This document shows positions 33,765-45,143 of a stretch of DNA of 64,000 nt, piece by piece. This DNA is from an uncultured Planctomycetaceae bacterium. Lineage in GTDB: Bacteria; Planctomycetota; Planctomycetia; Isosphaerales; Isosphaeraceae. How positions within the stretch are numbered: the first letter of the stretch is position 1; every line of letters begins with the position of its first letter. The DNA is taken from the NCBI GenBank assembly GCA_963833985.1, contig CAWIAD010000001.1:2336001-2400000 (forward strand), read 5' to 3'. Position numbers and translations under genes: made by a program. The notes beneath the pieces were generated by a model. That model was not told where the DNA came from and did no database searches. It saw only the letters and a program-made list of their open reading frames with translations.

Positions 33765-33865
33765 ACCGAGACGAGCCTCGCATCGGGCCGCTTGACCGCC
33801 GGTTCAATTTTTGTTGAACTGACGACCTGGGTGCAACAATCAGTGTGGTCCGGAGCAAGCACCGC

Positions 33866-36104
33866 ATGACACCAGCGCGATCACGACGCATCCGCAGACG
33901 CATGGTCCCGCTCCTGGCCGCGGTGGTCGGTTCGCTGCTGGTCTGCGCAGGGGTTCGATCGGCCGAGAAGGACGGCACACGGCCTGACCCGGTTCAGGCG
34001 GCATTCTTCGAGGCCAAGGTGAAGCCGATCCTCGAGGCCCGCTGTCTGAAGTGCCATGGCGGCGGGGCGAAAGTCAAAGGCAATTTCCGGATCGACAGCC
34101 GCGCTGCGGTCTTGCGGGGCGGCGACCAGGGGCCGGCGGTGACGCTCGAGAAGCCGGAGGAGAGCCTCTTGCTCCAGGCCATCCGGTACGACGGCCTGGA
34201 AATGCCGCCGACCGGCAAGCTGCCGGGCGCGGAGATCGAGGTCCTCACGCGCTGGGTGAAGGATGGCCTGGCGTGGACCGGGGCGGATCGCCCCGCGGCA
34301 ACCGCCGTGACGGTCGCGGCCGCCGGACCGGCCAGGCCCGCGGCACGCTGGGCGTATGGCCCGGTGGCTCGGCCCGCGGTGCCAAGGGTCAAAGACGCTG
34401 GCTGGGTACGCAATCCGATTGATGCGTTCTTGCTGGCGAAGATCGAGGCGGAACAGCTCCAGCCCGCTCCGCCCGCCGATCGCGTCGCCCTCATTCGCCG
34501 CTTGACCTTCGACCTGACCGGCTTGCCTCCCACGCCGGAGGAGGTGGATGCCTTCGTGGCCGACCCGTCCCGGAACGCCTACGAGCGGCTCGTCGATCGC
34601 CTGCTGGCCGCTCCCCAGTATGGCGAGGCCTGGGCGCGGCACTGGCTGGACCTGGTGCGCTACGCCGAGACCAACGGCTACGAGCGCGATTCGGCCAAGC
34701 CGGAGGCCTGGCGCTATCGCGATTACGTCATCGACGCCTTCAACAGCGACAAGCCCTACGACCAGTTCCTCCGCGAGCAGCTTGCCGGCGATGAGATCGA
34801 CCCGAGCGCGCCCGAGGCGATGATCGCCACCGGCTTCTATCGCCTGGGCCTCTGGGACGACGAGCCGGCCGACCGCGAGCTGGCGCACTATGACGGCCTT
34901 GACGGCATCGTGTCGACGGCGGGGCAGGTGTTCCTGGGCATCTCCATCAATTGCGCGGCGCTGCCACGATCATAAGAAAGACCCCATTCCCCAGGCCGAC
35001 TATTACCGCTTTCTGGCCTTCTTCAAGGACGTGACCGACCAGGATGGCAAGAACACGCGCAAGGCTGGCCCTGCGCCGGGCGTGGACGTGATGTGCGTGC
35101 ACGAGCGCCGCGCGGCCCGGCACATGTACTGCTTCGCGGCAACCCGAGGGTGCTGGGCGCGGAGGCGGAACCGGGCGTTCCGGCCATGCTCGGCAGTTCG
35201 GAGTCGAGCTTTGGCTCCGGACCCGGCAAGCGCCGGGCGCTGGCCGACTGGCTGACGGACAGACGCAACCCGATGACTGCGCGGGTGCTGGCCAACCGGC
35301 TCTGGCAGTTTCACTTCGGCCGCGGACTGGTTCCCTCGCCCAATGACTTCGGCGCGCTGGGTGAGGGCTGCTCGCACCCCGAACTTCTCGACTGGCTGGC
35401 CGCCGAGCTGATGGAAGGCGGCTGGTCCATCAAGCGGATGCACCGGCTGATTCTGCTCTCGAGCACCTACCGGATGTCGTCGCGGGCCAGCGAGGCGGGG
35501 CTGGCGAGAGATCCCGGCAACCGCTGGTTCTGGCATTTCCCGATGCGGAGGTTGGCCGCCGAGGAGGTGCGCGACGCGATGCTCGCCGTGAACGGTACGC
35601 TCAACCTGAAGGCCTCCGGACCGAGCATCTGCCCGCCGATGTCGCGCGAGGCCATGGCCACGCAGTCGATGCCCGGCGCGGGGTGGAAGACCTCACCGCC
35701 GGACGAGGCAGCCCGGCGCAGCGTGTATGTGCATGTGAAGCGGTCGCTGCCGCTGCCGATCCTCTCCGTCCACGATGCGCCCGATACCGACGCAAGCTGC
35801 CCGGTGCGCTGACACGACCACCGTCCCCACCCAGGCGCTGGGACTGCTCAACGGCGACTTCGCCAATGGCCAGGCGGAGCGGCTTGCCGGGCGGCTCAAG
35901 GCCGAGTGCCCGGGCGATCTCAGCGCCCAGATCCGGCGGGCCATCCGCCTGGCGACGGGAGCGGAGCCTGCGGCTGACGAGGTGGCGCGCGACGTCGCCT
36001 GGATTGGCGAGCTGCGCGCGCGAGCGAAGCTTGACGAAGCCACCGCGCTGGTGCAGTACTGCCTGCTGACGTATTCCACCAATGCATTTCTTTATCTGGA
36101 CTGA
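33866..36104 (+). CDS. Planctomycete cytochrome c / PSD1 (DUF1549-DUF1553) protein (apparent frameshifts ~34958, ~35110, ~35810)
   Basis: CLKCH, NPIDAF, RRLTFDLTGLPPT, WLDLVRYAET, RCHDHK, HPELLDWLA, RRSVY, PTQAL. Confidence 0.9.
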
Positions 36105-36118
36105 TGGAAGGGCCGGCC

Positions 36119-37609
36119 ATGGATCATGAGCAAGCCTTCTCGGCCCCGCGCCCGCGGGGTAGCCAGTTCTGCGGCCGGACGCGCCGGGAGCTGCTCTGGG
36201 AAGCCGGCGGCGGGTTCGCCTCCGTCGCGCTCACCGCGCTCCTGGGTGGCGACGGGTTCCTGACGCGGCAGGCTGTTGCGGCCGACGGGACCACCCCGTT
36301 CAAAAGCCCCATGGCGCCCAGGCCGCCAGCTCGTGCCGCGCGGGCGAAGAGCGTCATCTTCCTGTTCATGTACGGTGGGCCAAGCCATGTCGACACGTTC
36401 GACTACAAGCCCAAGCTGTACGGCCTTGACGGCAAGACGATCGAGGTGAAGACATTTGGCCGGGCCGGCAAGCGGAACCAGGGGCGCGTGGTCGGGCCAA
36501 AGTACGCGTTCCGCCCGCACGGCCAGTGCGGCAAGCCCATCTCCGACGTTTTTCCGCACCTGGCGACCTGCGTGGACGACATGGCGTTCGTGCACTCGAT
36601 GTACGCCGAGTCGCCCATCCATGGCTCGGCCATGCTGATGATGAACTCAGGCCGCATCCTGAGTGGGAACCCGTGTCTGGGCTCATGGGTGACCTACGGG
36701 CTGGGCAGCGAGAACGCGAACCTGCCGGGTTTCGTGGTCATGCTCGACCGCTCCGGCGGGCCGATCAGCGGGGCGAAGAACTGGTCCAGCGGCTACATGC
36801 CGGCTGCCTACCAGGGAACCGTCCTCCGCGCCGCGGGCGTGCCCATGCACGACCTGGCCGTGCCCGAAGGGACCGACCGCACCACGCGCCGGCTGTTGCT
36901 GGACCGCCTGCGCGAAAAGAACGAGGCGCACCGCGCACCACGGGCGGACAATAGCGAGCTGGCCGCGCGCATCGCCGCGTACGAGCTGGCTTTCAAGATG
37001 CAGCAGTCGGCACCCGAGGCCGTCGATTTCTCGCAGGAGCCGGCCGAGACGCAGGCGCTCTACGGCATTGACCATCCCCAGACAGCCGACTTCGGCCGCA
37101 AGTGCCTGCTCGCCCGGCGTCTGGTGGAGCGCGGGGTGCGGTTCATCCAGATCTATTCCGGCGGCGCGCACAATGATCAGAACTGGGACGCCCACAGCGA
37201 CCTGGTGGCGAACCACTCCAAGCACGCCGGCCACACCGACAAGCCGATCGCGGGCCTGATCAAGGACCTGAAGCGGCGCGGGCTGCTGGACGAGACGCTC
37301 ATCCTCTGGGGCGGCGAGTTCGGCCGCCAGCCAACGGCCGAGAACGAGCGGGGGACCGGCCGCGACCACAACTCGTACGGCTTCACCGTGTGGCTGGCCG
37401 GCGGCGGCATCAAGGGGGGCACGAGCGTGGGCCAGACCGATGAACTCGGCAGCGCCGCGGTCGAGGACCGGTTTCATGTCAAGAACCTGCACGCGACGAT
37501 GCTGAACCAGCTTGGCCTGGACCCCAACGGCCTGTCCTATTTCTACGGCGGCCTGCACCAGAAGCTCGTCGGCGTTGAAGGCGCAGAGCCGATCCGGCAG
37601 ATTGTTTGA
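36119..37609 (+). CDS. DUF1501 domain protein (Tat-exported)
   Basis: TRRELL, FMYGGPSHVDTFDYKP, ARRLVERGVRF, GGEFGR. Confidence 0.92.
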   Translation: MDHEQAFSAPRPRGSQFCGRTRRELLWEAGGGFASVALTALLGGDGFLTRQAVAADGTTPFKSPMAPRPPARAARAKSVIFLFMYGGPSHVDTFDYKPKLYGLDGKTIEVKTFGRAGKRNQGRVVGPKYAFRPHGQCGKPISDVFPHLATCVDDMAFVHSMYAESPIHGSAMLMMNSGRILSGNPCLGSWVTYGLGSENANLPGFVVMLDRSGGPISGAKNWSSGYMPAAYQGTVLRAAGVPMHDLAVPEGTDRTTRRLLLDRLREKNEAHRAPRADNSELAARIAAYELAFKMQQSAPEAVDFSQEPAETQALYGIDHPQTADFGRKCLLARRLVERGVRFIQIYSGGAHNDQNWDAHSDLVANHSKHAGHTDKPIAGLIKDLKRRGLLDETLILWGGEFGRQPTAENERGTGRDHNSYGFTVWLAGGGIKGGTSVGQTDELGSAAVEDRFHVKNLHATMLNQLGLDPNGLSYFYGGLHQKLVGVEGAEPIRQIV

Positions 37610-37623
37610 AGTGAGACGTCAGG

Positions 37624-39338
37624 TCACATCCCTGCCCGCTCGCGGCGGACGGTGACTTTTCGTCCCTTGAGCTTGCTCTCGCGCAGGGCGGCGATGACGG
37701 CGTCGGCAAGGTCTTCGGGGACCTCGACGAGCGAGAAGCGGTCGGAGATGTCGATGTCGCCCACCTGGCGGCCGGTGAGTCCGGCCTCGCCGGTGATCGC
37801 GCCCACCAGGTCTTGTGCGCGGATGCCGGCGGCACGGCCGGCGCCGATGTAGAGCCGCGTCATGACGCCTCTCTGGCCCTCGCCGCGCTGCCGCTCTTGC
37901 CGCGGTTTGCGCTCGCCGCGCGAGGTCCACTCACGGCCTCTTTCCCGGCTGCGGGACGCCTGCTCGCGGTGGATCTCCACCTCCGGGATCTCGTCCTCGT
38001 CCTGGTCCTCGTCACCGTTGGCCTGGTGGATCAGCTTCACCGCGGCCATGGCCACGTCCATGAGGTCGAACTCACCGGCCAGCGATTCGACCACCACGCG
38101 ATAGCGCTCCAGGTTCCCCTCGACGATCGCCTCGCGCACCGAGGCGCGTGACAGCTCCAGTCGCCGGGCGCGCAGGTCGGCCACGCTGGGCACCTTGGCG
38201 ATCTCGATCTTCTGACCCGTGACCTGCTCGATCATACGCAACTGGCGGTGCTCGCGCGGTTCGGCCAGGGTGATGGCCACGCCCTCGCGCCGGCGCGTCC
38301 CACCCGGCCAATCCGGTGCACGTACGACTCGGGCTCGGCCGGCACGTCGAAGTTGATCACGTGTGAGAGGTGCTCGATGTCCAGCCCCCGCGCCGCCACG
38401 TCGGTGGCGATCAACAGGTCGGACGCCTCACCGCGAAATTTCTTCATGACCCGGCTGCGCTGATCCTGGCTCATCCCGCCGTGCAGCGTCTCGGCGCGGT
38501 AGCCGCGGGAGTTGAGGTTTTCGGCCAGCTCGTCCACCTCGTTGCGGCGGCGGCAGAAGACGATGGCGGAGGTCGGACTTTCAATGTCGAGCACGCGCCC
38601 CAGCGTGGCCAGCTTGTGGCCGCGGGGCACGATGTACGCCGTCTGCCGCACCAGCGCCACCGTGCCGGCAACGGCCGGCTCGGCCGCGATCCTGATCTGC
38701 GCCGGGGTGGTGAGATGACGCTTGGTGATCGCGGCAATGCGTGGCGGCAGGGTCGCGGAGAAGAGGACGGTCTGGCGCTCTTTGGGCGTCTCGGCCAGAA
38801 TCGCCTCGATGTCCTCGGCGAAGCCCATATCGAGCATCTCGTCAGCCTCATCCAGGACCACGACGGCCACGCCGCCGAGCTTGAGCTTCTGGCTGCGAAT
38901 CAGGTCGAGCGCCCGTCCCGGCGTGGCCACGACCACGTCGGCCCCGCGCTCCAGGGCTCGCAACTGCGGCCCGTAGGCCTGCCCGCCGTAGATCGGCAGC
39001 ACGCTCGCGTTCAGCAGCCGGCCGTAGCGGTGCACCGCCTCCGCCACCTGCATGGCCAGCTCGCGGGTGGGAACCAGCACCATGGTGCGCGGCCGTGATC
39101 CGCGCTGATCGTTCGCGGCCAGCCGGTGCAGCAGGGGCAGCGTGAAGGCGGCCGTCTTACCGGTTCCCGTCGCCGCCTGGCCCACCAGGTCTTTCCCCTC
39201 CAGAAGTACCGGGATCGCCGCGCGCTGGATCGGCGTCGGCTCCTCGTATCCCAGCTCGGCGATCGTCTTCACCAGGCGGTCATCCAGTCCCAGCGACGAG
39301 AAGCCGGGGATCGTTGCTTTCGAGGCCTTTGAAGCCAT
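37624..39338 (-). CDS. deaD: DEAD-box RNA helicase DeaD/CsdA-like with DbpA RNA-binding domain (apparent frameshift ~38290)
   Basis: Q motif PTPIQ, ATGTGKT, PTRELA, DEAD, SAT, HRIGRVGRAG; C-terminal DLVGAITGEAGL. Confidence 0.92.
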
Positions 39339-39394
39339 GCGGTCGTTCCTCTTGAACCAGGGACCGAACTCTCAACTTGTCGTAGCTGCCACCG

Positions 39395-39488
39395 GCGACA
39401 AGATCGGGATCTTGTCCCACGCATTTCGCGACAAGATCGGGATCTTGTCCCACGCAATGCGCGACAAGATCGGAGTCTTGTCCCACGC
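39395..39488. repeat. Three tandem 28-bp REP-like hairpins (33-bp period)
   Basis: GCGACAAGATCGGGATCTTGTCCCACGC at 39395 and 39428, with a 2-nt variant at 39461. Confidence 0.9.
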
Positions 39489-39535
39489 GAGGCGACCGCG
39501 CTGGCAAGGGCGCAGGGCCAGACGGTTACGCCGGC

Positions 39536-40477
39536 TTACACGTCGCACAGCGCCACCGCCTGGCGCAGGCCTTCCATCGGGTCGCGCGTGGGGATGAACT
39601 CCTGGCCGACGTGGCCCTGGTAGCCCAGCTCGAGCAGCGTCTTCATGATCGGCGGGTAGTAGATTTCCTGGGTCTCATCGAGCTCGCCCCGGCCGGGGTT
39701 GCCGGCGGTGTGGACGTGGCCGATGTACTCCTTGTACTGCTTCAGCCGCGTGATGATGTCACCGTCCATGATCTGCACGTGGTAGATGTCGAAGAGCAGC
39801 TTCAGGCTGGGTGAGCCCACGCGCTTGATGATGTCGATGCAGTAATCCGTGTGGTCGCCCTGGTAGCCGGGATGGCCCTTCATCGGGTGCGTGCCCACGC
39901 GGGAGTTGAGCATCTCCAGGCAGAGCGTGACGCCCTTCTTCTCGGCGTGGCCGACAATCTGCTTGAACCCCTTGACGCAGTTGTCGGCACCCACGTCATC
40001 GGGGATGTCTTCCTTGTAGCCGGTGAAGCAGATCACCTTCTTGTAACCATACTCGGCGCAAGCGTCGATCGCCTCGCGGGTGGCCTTCATCACGGGCTCC
40101 CAGTGCCTGGGGTTGTTGAAGCCCTTCAGGAACGGCGGGTCCGCGCCCATGTCGATCTGGCCGATGGCGTTGGTGATCCCCGCCTCCTTGAGCTGCGGGA
40201 AGTACTTCACCGGCAAGAGCTCGATGCTGCCGATGCCCAGCGACTTCGCCGACCTGATGAACTCGCCAATCGGCCAGTACTTCTCGAAGCACCAGTGCAC
40301 GATCGATTGCTGGATGCGGCCGTTCTTGACCGCGGGGCCCTGTTCCGCGGCCACGGCGGCACGCGCGCTTGCGCTCAGCCCGGAGACCCCCAGGATCGCC
40401 GCGCTGGCGGTCCCTTTGAGCAAGCTCCGGCGATCGGTCCCATCGCCACGATCGGCGGATTCGCTGTCCCGGCTCAT
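39536..40477 (-). CDS. Tat-exported hydroxypyruvate isomerase-family TIM barrel
   Basis: DRRSLLKG, LEMLNS, LLFDIYHVQIMDG, HVHTAGNPGRGE, GQEFIP. Confidence 0.9.
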   Translation of the reverse strand: MSRDSESADRGDGTDRRSLLKGTASAAILGVSGLSASARAAVAAEQGPAVKNGRIQQSIVHWCFEKYWPIGEFIRSAKSLGIGSIELLPVKYFPQLKEAGITNAIGQIDMGADPPFLKGFNNPRHWEPVMKATREAIDACAEYGYKKVICFTGYKEDIPDDVGADNCVKGFKQIVGHAEKKGVTLCLEMLNSRVGTHPMKGHPGYQGDHTDYCIDIIKRVGSPSLKLLFDIYHVQIMDGDIITRLKQYKEYIGHVHTAGNPGRGELDETQEIYYPPIMKTLLELGYQGHVGQEFIPTRDPMEGLRQAVALCDV

Positions 40478-40707
40478 GACCGACTCCTTCTCGCTGTGGA
40501 AGTATCACGGTGCGACATTCTCCAGATCACCTTACGGCAGCGCCAGGCGGAATGCGAGCGGTCAGTCGCCGCGGGCCGTCCGCCCTCGATGGCGCCTGTC
40601 CGTTGCCCCCACGTCCCGGTTGCCCGCCCGGGGCGAAGTCCCGTATAGTACCGCGTAACGAGGCAGACGAGACCGTCGCGCCTCCATCCTGTACCGCGAG
40701 GCTCATC

Positions 40708-41745
40708 ATGTACTGGTTCCACCGGGCGGCCATCGCCTGGACAATGGCCGCCGTCCTCCTGGTCTCCATCCCCGTGAACGCCGCCGATGCACCCGGGCTG
40801 ATCTTCGATACCGACATCTGCGGCGACTGCGACGACGTGCTCGCCCTGGGAATGATCCACGCCCTTCAGTCGCGCGGGGCCTGCAAGCTGCTGGCGGTGA
40901 CGGTGAGCGTGGACAACGACCTCGCCGCGCCATTCGTGGACGCGGTGAACACGTTCTACGGCCGTGGCGAGATCCCCATCGGCACCGTCGGCAAGGGGGG
41001 CGTGGTGGAGCAGAGCAAGTACCTTGGCCTTGTCCAGCAGCAGGAGCCGGACGGCCGCTTCCGCTACCCGCACTCGCTGCTCTCGGGCAAGGACGCACTG
41101 CCGGCGACCCAGGTGCTTCGCAAGGTGCTCGCCGCACAGCCTGACCAGTCAGTCGTGATCGCGCAGGTCGGCTTCTCCACGAACCTCACCCGATTGCTGG
41201 ATTCCGGACCGGACGAGCATTCGCCGCTCTCGGGAACAGAGCTGGTGAAGCGGAAGGTCAAGCTGCTGTCGCTCATGGCGGGCGCATTCCAGCCCATCGA
41301 CGGCAACGCGCAGTATCGTGAATACAACGTGGTCCGCGACATCCCGAGCTGCCAGAAGCTGGCCGAGCATTGGCCGACTCCGGTGGTCTGGAGCGGCTTC
41401 GAGATCGGCATCGCGCTTCCCTATCCGGCCGTCAGCATCGAGCGCGACTATGGCTATGTGGCCCACCACCCCTTGGCCGACGCCTACATTCACTACATCC
41501 CGCCCCCTCACAACCGCCCGACCTGGGACCTCACCGCCGTGCTCTACGCCGTGCTCGGCGATCGTGGTTATTTTGACGTGCCCGCACGCGGCCGTGTGAC
41601 CATCAAGAACGACGGTTCCTGCCGGTTCGAGGAATCCGCGCAGGACCACCATGCGTACCTGGTACTCCGCCCCGAACAGAAACCGCGAGTGCTGGAGGCG
41701 CTCGTCCAGCTCTCAAGCCAGCCGCCACAGCACACAGGCCCCTGA
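40708..41745 (+). CDS. Exported nucleoside hydrolase (IU-NH family)
   Basis: Signal peptide; IFDTDICGDCDDVLAL; EYNV; TWD. Confidence 0.85.
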   Translation: MYWFHRAAIAWTMAAVLLVSIPVNAADAPGLIFDTDICGDCDDVLALGMIHALQSRGACKLLAVTVSVDNDLAAPFVDAVNTFYGRGEIPIGTVGKGGVVEQSKYLGLVQQQEPDGRFRYPHSLLSGKDALPATQVLRKVLAAQPDQSVVIAQVGFSTNLTRLLDSGPDEHSPLSGTELVKRKVKLLSLMAGAFQPIDGNAQYREYNVVRDIPSCQKLAEHWPTPVVWSGFEIGIALPYPAVSIERDYGYVAHHPLADAYIHYIPPPHNRPTWDLTAVLYAVLGDRGYFDVPARGRVTIKNDGSCRFEESAQDHHAYLVLRPEQKPRVLEALVQLSSQPPQHTGP

Positions 41746-41768
41746 CGGCCACGAGAAGACACACGTCC

Positions 41769-42812
41769 ATGACTTTTCATCGGTGCATCCGCAAGTTCTC
41801 CCGGTCTGGCATTGCCGTCCTCCTCGCTGGAGCCATGGGCTGTGGCGGTCCAGCGTCCGCACCGGGGGCGGGCTCTGCCAGGGCATCCGGGAACGCTCAG
41901 GCAACCAGAGCGGCATCGCCGCGCATCGCTCTGGTCATGGACCTGCTGAACCAGGAACCTTCCAGGAGCATGGCGGCCACCGCGCTCAAGCACCAGGCCG
42001 ATCGCGCCTCGGAGTTTGAGCTGAGCGTCGTCGGCAGCGAGGGCCGGCTTGACCCGAAGCGCCAGATTGCGCTGGTGGAGCAGCTCATCGCCCAGGGAGT
42101 GAGCGGAATCGTGATCGCCCCGGCCGACTCAGCGGCCCTGGTCCCGGTGTGCCAGCAGGCGCGGGCGGCAGGGATCGTCGTGGTCAACATCGGCACGAGA
42201 CTTGATGCGCAGGCCCTTGCCGGGCAGGGCCTCGATGTGCCTTTCGTCGGCCCGGACCACCGTGCCGGGGCAAGGATGGTGGGTGACTTCCTGGCGCGCC
42301 AGCTTGAACCGGGGGACAAGGTGGCCCTGCTCGAGGGAAGCCCGAAGACGGCCGCTCTCCAGGAGCGGAAGCTCGGTTTCGAGGAGGCGGCGAAGGAGGC
42401 CAAGCTCACCATCGCCGCGTCGCGGAACGCCGGGGGAGAGACCGAGCCGGCCCGCAAGACTGTTGCGGCCCTGCTTACCGAGCACGCGGACCTGCGGGGC
42501 CTGCTTTGCTGCAACGACCGCATGGCCCTGGGCGCACGGGCCGCCGTCGAGGCCGCCGGGCGTGCGGACGATGTGCTGATCGCCGGCTATGACGGCATCC
42601 CCACGGCCGTCGAGGCCGTCCAGCGCGGCTCGATGACGGCAACTGCCGATCCGCACGCCGACCAGCTTGCCGTCTTCGGCATCGAGTTCGCCCGGTTGCT
42701 CCTCCAGCACGGCGCCGAGCCCTCCGACAAGCGCACGCCCGTGGACCTCGTGGCCAGGGAGAACCCGGAAGACTCACAGATCCCAGGAGGCGGGCCAGCT
42801 AACGCGCCGTAG
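41769..42812 (+). CDS. RbsB-like sugar-binding lipoprotein
   Basis: Lipobox-like AMGC; GIVIAPADS, CNDRMALGA, IAGYDG. Confidence 0.85.
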   Translation: MTFHRCIRKFSRSGIAVLLAGAMGCGGPASAPGAGSARASGNAQATRAASPRIALVMDLLNQEPSRSMAATALKHQADRASEFELSVVGSEGRLDPKRQIALVEQLIAQGVSGIVIAPADSAALVPVCQQARAAGIVVVNIGTRLDAQALAGQGLDVPFVGPDHRAGARMVGDFLARQLEPGDKVALLEGSPKTAALQERKLGFEEAAKEAKLTIAASRNAGGETEPARKTVAALLTEHADLRGLLCCNDRMALGARAAVEAAGRADDVLIAGYDGIPTAVEAVQRGSMTATADPHADQLAVFGIEFARLLLQHGAEPSDKRTPVDLVARENPEDSQIPGGGPANAP

Positions 42813-43723
42813 CGGCGATCTGGTCAATCTCAGCACGCCGCGGCGCGGAGGGCTGCGCGCCCAGGCGGGTCACGGAGATGGCCGCGGCCGCACTGGCGAA
42901 GCGGACCGCCTGCTCCAGCACCTGGCCCTCGGCCAACGCCACGGCCAGTGCCCCATTGAAGACGTCGCCCGCCGCCGTCGTGTCCACCACCTGCACCGCG
43001 AAGGCGGGGATGAGCCGCCGATAACGCTCCCCGGCCACGAATGCCCCGCGCTCGCCGAGCGTGATGATCACGGTCTGCACCCCGCGCGCCAGCAACTTCT
43101 CGGCGGCCTGGGCGGCAGAGCCGTCATCCCCGGCGCGGACGCCCGTGAGCAGCTCGGCCTCGGTCTCGTTGGGCGTGAGGATGGAAACGCACCGCAGCAG
43201 GTCGTCGGCCAGCGGCTGCGCCGGCGCGGGGTTAAGGATGACCGGAACCCCGGCACCAGCGGCGATCTCGGCCGCGGCCTGGACCGTGTCGAGCGGGGTC
43301 TCGAGCTGCATCACCAGCACAGCGGCCGACTCGATGAGGGCGCGTGCATTCTGGACGTCCGACGGAGCCAACCGGGCGTTGGCCCCGGACGCCACGGCGA
43401 TGCTGTTCTCTCCACTCCTGGCCACGAAGATGAGGGCGACGCCCGACGGAGCGGCCTCGTCGCGCGTGACGTGCCGCACGTCGATACCGTCGGCCACGAA
43501 GCCAGCGACCGCCTGCTCGCCGAAGACGTCTCGTCCCACGCGGGCGATGAACCCCACGTGCCCTCCCGCGCGTGCCGCGGCAACGGCCTGGTTGGCTCCC
43601 TTGCCGCCGGCCGCCGTGACGAACTCGCCTCCCAGGATCGTTTCCCCGGGCGCGGATCCGCTCCAGCTTGATGATCATGTCGGTGTTCGAGCTGCCCACG
43701 ACGACGATCGGCTTGCTTGCCAT
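42799..43723 (-). CDS. rbsK: Ribokinase (apparent frameshift ~43650)
   Basis: VVVGSSNTD, GGKGANQA, MQLETP, NPAPA, PNETEA, DTTAAGDVFNG. Confidence 0.92.
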
Positions 43724-43804
43724 GAATGAAACCTCGCTCACGGAACCGTCCCGTCAGGAACTCTCCTGCGCCTCAGAGCTTGCGGGCAGGCACGTGGGGC
43801 GCGC

Positions 43805-44815
43805 TCAGAGCTTCGATGCGATCAGGATCCCCAGCCCCAGCAGATAGAAGGCGAACATTGCGGCCAGCAGCTTGCTGGTCCCCGGCGGCGCGCCGCGAAA
43901 CTCCTTCCAGATGAAAACGCCCCAGAAGGCGCCAATCATGGTCGCCCCCTGGCCCAGCCCGTACGACAGGGCTGCTCCGGCGGAGCTGGCCGCGATGATG
44001 CTGAAGCTCATGCCAATGTTCCAGATCACGCCTCCCAGGATGCCGATCGCGTGCAGCCGGGCATTGCCCTTCGTGAAGTAATCGCCCAGGGGGACCGGGT
44101 CGCCGGTCAGCGGCCAGATCATCATGATCGTGTTCCAGAGGAAGTTCGAGACAAGCAGGCCCAGCGAGAACAGGACGACGGCGGTGTAGGGACTGAGCTT
44201 GCCGGGTTCCAGGGACTGGGTGGACGGGTCGATCTTGCCCATCGACTGGGCGACGAAGCTGTAGAACCAGCCCATGAGCAGCCCCGCCGTCACCGAGATG
44301 ACGATGCCCTTCACGGGCGTCTTCTGCTCTTTCCCCGCCAGCCGCCGGTACGCCAGGGCATCGAGCAGGATGGCCACCATGATGCTGCCCACGCCCAGTG
44401 CCAGCATCGGTACGTTGCCGGTGGGCGTGACCAGGTAGGTGGTGATGACGCCCAGCACCAGGGCCAGCCCGACGCCGACCGGAAAGGCAACGGCCAGTCC
44501 GGCAATGTCGATCGCCGCGACCAGCAAGATGTTCGAGAGGTTGAAGATGACACCGCCCAGGAAAGCCGAGCCCAGCCACTTCCCCTCGGCCTGGCGGAGA
44601 TCGGCAAGGAACGGGCGGCCATGCTGCCCCATGCTGCCGAGCGTGAAGGCCAGCACCAGGGCCAGCAGCAGCACGCCAATGGCGTAGTCCCAGTAGAAGA
44701 GCTGGAACCGCCATTCCTTGCTGGCCAGCTTCTGCGTGTTCGCCCAGGAGCCCCAGCAAAGCATCGTGATGAAGCACATCGTCACGGCCAGGGCATACGA
44801 ATCCACGATCAGCAT
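43805..44815 (-). CDS. GRP/DMT-family sugar (ribose) permease
   Basis: About 10 TM helices; CWGSWANT, FYWDY, YGLGQGATM, WGVFIWKEF. Confidence 0.85.
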   Translation of the reverse strand: MLIVDSYALAVTMCFITMLCWGSWANTQKLASKEWRFQLFYWDYAIGVLLLALVLAFTLGSMGQHGRPFLADLRQAEGKWLGSAFLGGVIFNLSNILLVAAIDIAGLAVAFPVGVGLALVLGVITTYLVTPTGNVPMLALGVGSIMVAILLDALAYRRLAGKEQKTPVKGIVISVTAGLLMGWFYSFVAQSMGKIDPSTQSLEPGKLSPYTAVVLFSLGLLVSNFLWNTIMMIWPLTGDPVPLGDYFTKGNARLHAIGILGGVIWNIGMSFSIIAASSAGAALSYGLGQGATMIGAFWGVFIWKEFRGAPPGTSKLLAAMFAFYLLGLGILIASKL

Positions 44816-45143
44816 GGAAGGACCTCTCACTCTGTGCGCACCCGATCCGACCGGGATGGGCGACCTGGCAACCCGGCGGGATGCCCGCCTCGAACAGGGA
44901 ACGTACCACATGCGTGCGGGCCGCTGAAGTGGCTGCCGTCCGCGAGCGACGGGTGGAACTCCGCCGGCCGAGCCTGGATCGAGGGCCGCCGGACGCGGCC
45001 GGAAACGCAGGCCCGGACCGCGGCTGGGTGGACGATGGAATCAGCCCGGACCGTGGGCTAGGATGAATGGCTCATCATCCGGTGCGATCCGGCCTTGCCG
45101 TACTGACCGGAGGTTGTGACCTACCGTCCTCGAGGCTCCCTCC

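Noticed and set aside
33802..33819. Palindrome GTTCAA-N6-TTGAAC upstream of the PSD1 gene
   Set aside because: Single 6-bp-arm instance, too weak to call an operator.
39395..39488. Possible CRISPR array
   Set aside because: Only 5 bp separate the 28-bp repeats, there are no cas genes, and the unit belongs to the dispersed REP-like family.
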